A DNA stretch of 64,000 nt from the human T2T-CHM13v2.0 reference genome, Homo sapiens. Under the pieces are notes generated by a model. The model saw only the letters and a program-made list of their open reading frames with translations. It ran no database searches and had not been told where the DNA came from. The position numbers were made by a program, and so were the translations under genes. Location of the stretch: the NCBI RefSeq assembly GCF_009914755.1, contig NC_060926.1; one strand, 5' to 3'. Numbering within the stretch: position 1 is the first letter of the stretch; each line of letters begins with the position of its first letter. Positions 58,741 through 64,000 of this stretch are shown piece by piece.

Positions 58741-59110
58741 TGCATCCCCTAGTACAAACAGCACAGAACAGTTTCTGATAGGTCTCCTCTGATTGTGAAG
58801 ACAGCACATTCTACAGGAGAAATACTCCTTTAGCTCCTACATCAGCTGTCACAGAAGGCTAACAGCTTTGAATGAAGCTCAGAGGAGGAAACTGCCCTAG
58901 GGCAGACTTGCTACTTCAGTCATATACACTGGCTGGCCCTATTATTTAGAACATATCAGCGGTGGAAAAAGTGGGAGGTTTCTGTCAAGCTTCACTGGAC
59001 AAATCACAATACAGTCCCCTGAGATTCTAGACGAAGACCACGCTGTCTACAGTAGAGAATTATGTGTGTTTAACAAGCAGCATTAGCTGTGCTACACGGA
59101 GCTGGTATGG
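58741..59110 (+). mobile_element. ERVL/MaLR internal pol (RT-connection/RNase H) remnant
   Basis: 'aacagctttgaatgaagctcagagg', 'aatcacaatacagtcccctgagattctagacgaagaccacgctgtctacagtagagaattat' and 'gctgtgctacacggagctggta' parallel the recalled ERVL pol consensus. Confidence 0.55.
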
Positions 59111-59984
59111 TTTATTATCAACAGGCAGAAGAGCCTGCCAGTGGAATGAACTACAGGAGAAGTACTGAAGGTAATTTCAAAGTAATAGGCAGGGACAATG
59201 AGTAACCTAGTTCACAAACACTATTTTACTGTCTTCCCTTCTATAGCATTCCTAATATTGTTAATAGTACTCACAGAAAGAAAACACTGAGACAGAGCTA
59301 CACTGAAGCCAGGCAGAAAGGGTAAAGCTGCATACAGTGGTAAAAGTGGTTGACATCTCCAAAAGATTTTTCAGTAAGAAGAATAGAGGATTAAACTCAT
59401 TCCAAATTATATATTTAATCACAGATTAAGTATAATAACAAAATAAAAGAAAATACATAAAGAAATATAATATATGTAATTTCAAAAAAACTTAGTTCAT
59501 CATAGTAACTTGCTGATTTTCACATTTAATCTGATTATCAATGCTTTGGAAAAATTTAATGTATCATGGGGAATGACAAAGAGGTGCTTTTGATTATTTT
59601 ATTTATTGCTCCATAGAAATTTAATCTATATCAAATAAATTACCCATTATTATGTATTGAGATGATTATTGGTCTTTAATATTAATAATACATTTATCAT
59701 ATACCTAGCACATATTTTCTGTAGCAGTGCAATGAACTGAAATTAAGTAGCTCTAATAAGCCTTCAACAATATAGCAACATTCCTAGAATCCTACTAACT
59801 TCAACTCATGAATGGGTAGTAAATTTTATCAAATTTCTTATTGAAAGATTACATGGCAATGTGATTCATTATACTGTCTTATTTTCCAGTGTACTACAAC
59901 TTTTAAACATGGGAGAAAAAATGAAACCACTCAGGGATTGTAAAAGATTTTGATGTTTAAATATTTTTAATTTTTTTTGGTAAT

Positions 59985-60575
59985 GTCTGGGTAAGGGTGA
60001 TACTGGCTTTATAAAAGACTTGGAAGATTTCCTTTTTTTCATTTCTCTTGAAATATTTGCATAAAGTTGGTGTTACTTTCTCTTTAAATGCTGGAAATAA
60101 TTTGCCAGTGAAGCCATCTGTACCCAGGGGTATTTGTCAGAAAGTTCTAAAACATACTTAATATCATTAGTAGAAAAGGAAATATTTACATTTGAAAATT
60201 TATTCTTGTAGGTTTTTTTGGCAAATTATGTCTTTTGAGGAATTTGCCAGTTTTATATATCACATATATCAGAATGAAGTTGTGCCTTCTAATTATGGTT
60301 CAATGCATTGAAATATAGGAAATGCAATAATTTTCCATTTTCATATTTTTTAATTGCCAATTTATATTGTTATGTTTTGTTTTCTGCCTCCTTGATCATG
60401 CTGCTAGAAAGGGGTCAACTTTAGGCTTTTTATTCCCTATTATAGTTGGTTTTCTACCTGGTTGATTGTTAATCTTAATTATTTCCTTTCTTTTAATTAT
60501 TTATATTAAATTTGCTGTTTTAACTTCTTGTAAATTGAGATAGAAGCTATGGGAATTATTTTATTTTAAATTTGC
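59985..60575 (-). mobile_element. Old L1ME ORF2 fragment, host; resumes at ~62760-63420
   Basis: 'tactggctttataaaagacttggaag' and 'aatttgccagtgaagccatctg'. After the insert: 'aatttctcttaaagaactacttcagctgtatcc'. Confidence 0.7.
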
Positions 60576-61467
60576 TTTTTTTTAATTGTATTTGCAATGA
60601 CATAATTGTACATATTTATGGAGTACAGTGTGATGTTTCAATGCATGTATACATTCTATAATGATCAAATAAAGGCAATTAGCAGATTCATCGTTTTAAA
60701 TATTTATCATTTCTTTGTGGCGATAACATTTTAAGTCATCTCTTCAAGCTATCTTGAAATATACGCTATGTTATCTGCTATAGTCACCCTAGTTTGTAAG
60801 AGAGCACCAAACTTATGTTTTCTAACCGCAATTTTGTGCCCATTGACTAGCTTCTCCCAGTATCACATCTCCACTACCCTCCCCAGACTCTGATAACTAT
60901 TATTCTATGCTCTACTTCTATGAAGTCAACCTTTTACAAATTCTACATATGAGTGAGATCATATGGTATTTGTCTCTCCGTGCCTGGCTTATTTCATTTA
61001 ATATGATGTCCTTGATGTCCTTCAGCTTCATCCATGTTGCCTCAAAAGACAGGGTTTCATTTTGTTTTATGGCTGAAGAGTATTCCATTGTATAGAGACC
61101 ACAACATTTTTATCTTTTCATCAATTGTTGGGCATTGGGTTAATTCCATATCGTGGCTATTGTGAATAGCACTGCAGTAAACATGGGAATGCAGATTTCT
61201 CTTTAACATATTGATTTCATTTCCTTTGGATATATAACCAGTAATGGGATTGATGCGTCATATGGTAGTTCTGTTTTTAATATTTTTAAGAACCTCCATG
61301 CTGTTTTGCTTAATGGCTGAACTAACTTATATTTCCGTCAACAGTATGAGTTCTCTTTTCTCTACATCCTCAAGAGAATTTGTTTTTTATGTTTTTATTA
61401 ATAACCATTCTAACTGAAATAAGATGATATCTCATTGTGCTTTTGATTTGCATTACTCTGATGATTA
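60576..61467 (-). mobile_element. L1MA 3' end
   Basis: T-tail then 'aattgtacatatttatggagtacagtgtgatgtttcaatgcatgtatac...ggctattgtgaatagcactgcagtaaacatgggaatgcag'. Confidence 0.9.
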
Positions 61468-62759
<1,292 letters not shown>

Positions 62760-64000
62760 GTTTTTACATCTTTAAAATTATTTAATTTCTCTTAAAGAAC
62801 TACTTCAGCTGTATCCTGTTAGTTTTTATATATTGTATAATTCAATTGAGAATATTTGCTTAATTTAATTGTGATTTTTTCTTTGATAGATAGAATAACA
62901 AATATATTTTTTTAATTTCCAGGAAGATAAGAATTATTAATTATTGTTTAAAAATTGTTTTATAGTTTATTATACTATAGTTGGCAAGCATATTTTAAAT
63001 TATTCATCCTTTTTTACTTATTCTTACTTGACAAATATTATGAATATTCTATTTTCACATAAACAGAATATGGATTCTGTGATTGGTGATGTAATTTTGA
63101 ATAGGTGATGTTTCATATAATTTATAGATCTATAGTTTATAGGTCTCATATATTATTACTGTTATTTTTACCCTGTCAGCAATTTAAAAATGTGTCTAGA
63201 ATAATACAACTATGATTCTTAATTGTTGCTTTTTCCCTTTAGCTGTGTTTTTTGCTTTCCTTATTTTTGTGTCTTTATTATTAGGTGCATATCTATATAT
63301 TTTACATGAGTCTATCTTCTAGTGAACTAAATAATTTATTGTTTAAAGTGAGCGTCTTTATCGGTAGTAAAAGAGTTTGTCTTACTGCTCAATTTGTCTA
63401 ATGTTAATTTAATTTCTTTATTATTTTTGGCCATAATTTTCTTTAAGCTATTTTTTTAATCTGGATTTTTTCGGCTTGTTTGGCAATTGATATGTTGTAA
63501 AGCATTTCTTCCAACCTAGAGGTAGAAATTGCATATAATTTTAAGGCTTAATCATAAGTTATATCTTGTTTGTTTCATAATGATAGTTAAAAATTCTCCT
63601 ACTATGTTTTTTATATTCTAAATATTGGCATATATAAGTCACATTGATTTACATTTGAAATATATACATTTATATTTATATTTTACCCAGTAATATTTGT
63701 AAAATATTTTTTCTATGAATTTTAGCAGTAACTTAAAAATTGTGTTGCTATTTTGATAGATTCTCATTTTATTTGTAAAGAAAGATGGTATTATCTCTTC
63801 CTTTGCAACTTTTGAATTTCTCAATTTTGTTTCTGCAATTTTGTATTAGATAAAAACTAGTTTACTGTTGAGTAAAAACAATGGCTGCCATTTCTTTCTT
63901 GTTACTATAGTATAACTGCTATTAAAAATTTCACAATTATATATAGTGTTTGCTACAAAGGTTGTTATCAGGATAAGACATTTATATTGGTAAATAACTG

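Overview
AT-rich primate (human-like) non-coding DNA, either intergenic or deep intronic. I can support no protein-coding gene, RNA gene or CRISPR-like system here. Nearly all listed ORFs are chance frames or decayed transposon coding sequence. Much of the window is recognisable interspersed repeat: Alus (J, S, Y, FLAM), nested L1 fragments, two complete THE1 MaLR elements, solo ERV LTRs (MER61-, MER52-, MER50-, MER67-, LTR33-like), a full-length Tigger1, a full-length Hsmar2, MER1A, MER58A and L2. Family names come from recalled consensus sequences, not a database search. The notable signals are structural and are not explained by ordinary retrotransposition: (1) a ~620-bp inverted duplication of apparently unique DNA 35.5 kb apart, with a 122-bp perfectly identical core; (2) a second ~255-bp inverted duplication embedded in a mosaic scar resembling templated repair; (3) a ~110-bp microinversion that flips the 5' end of a MER61 LTR; (4) a tail-less L1 fragment captured antisense inside a homologous L1 region. 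There is also one well-formed candidate minus-strand exon and an orphan L1 promoter pointing toward it. I found no evidence of a new biological system.
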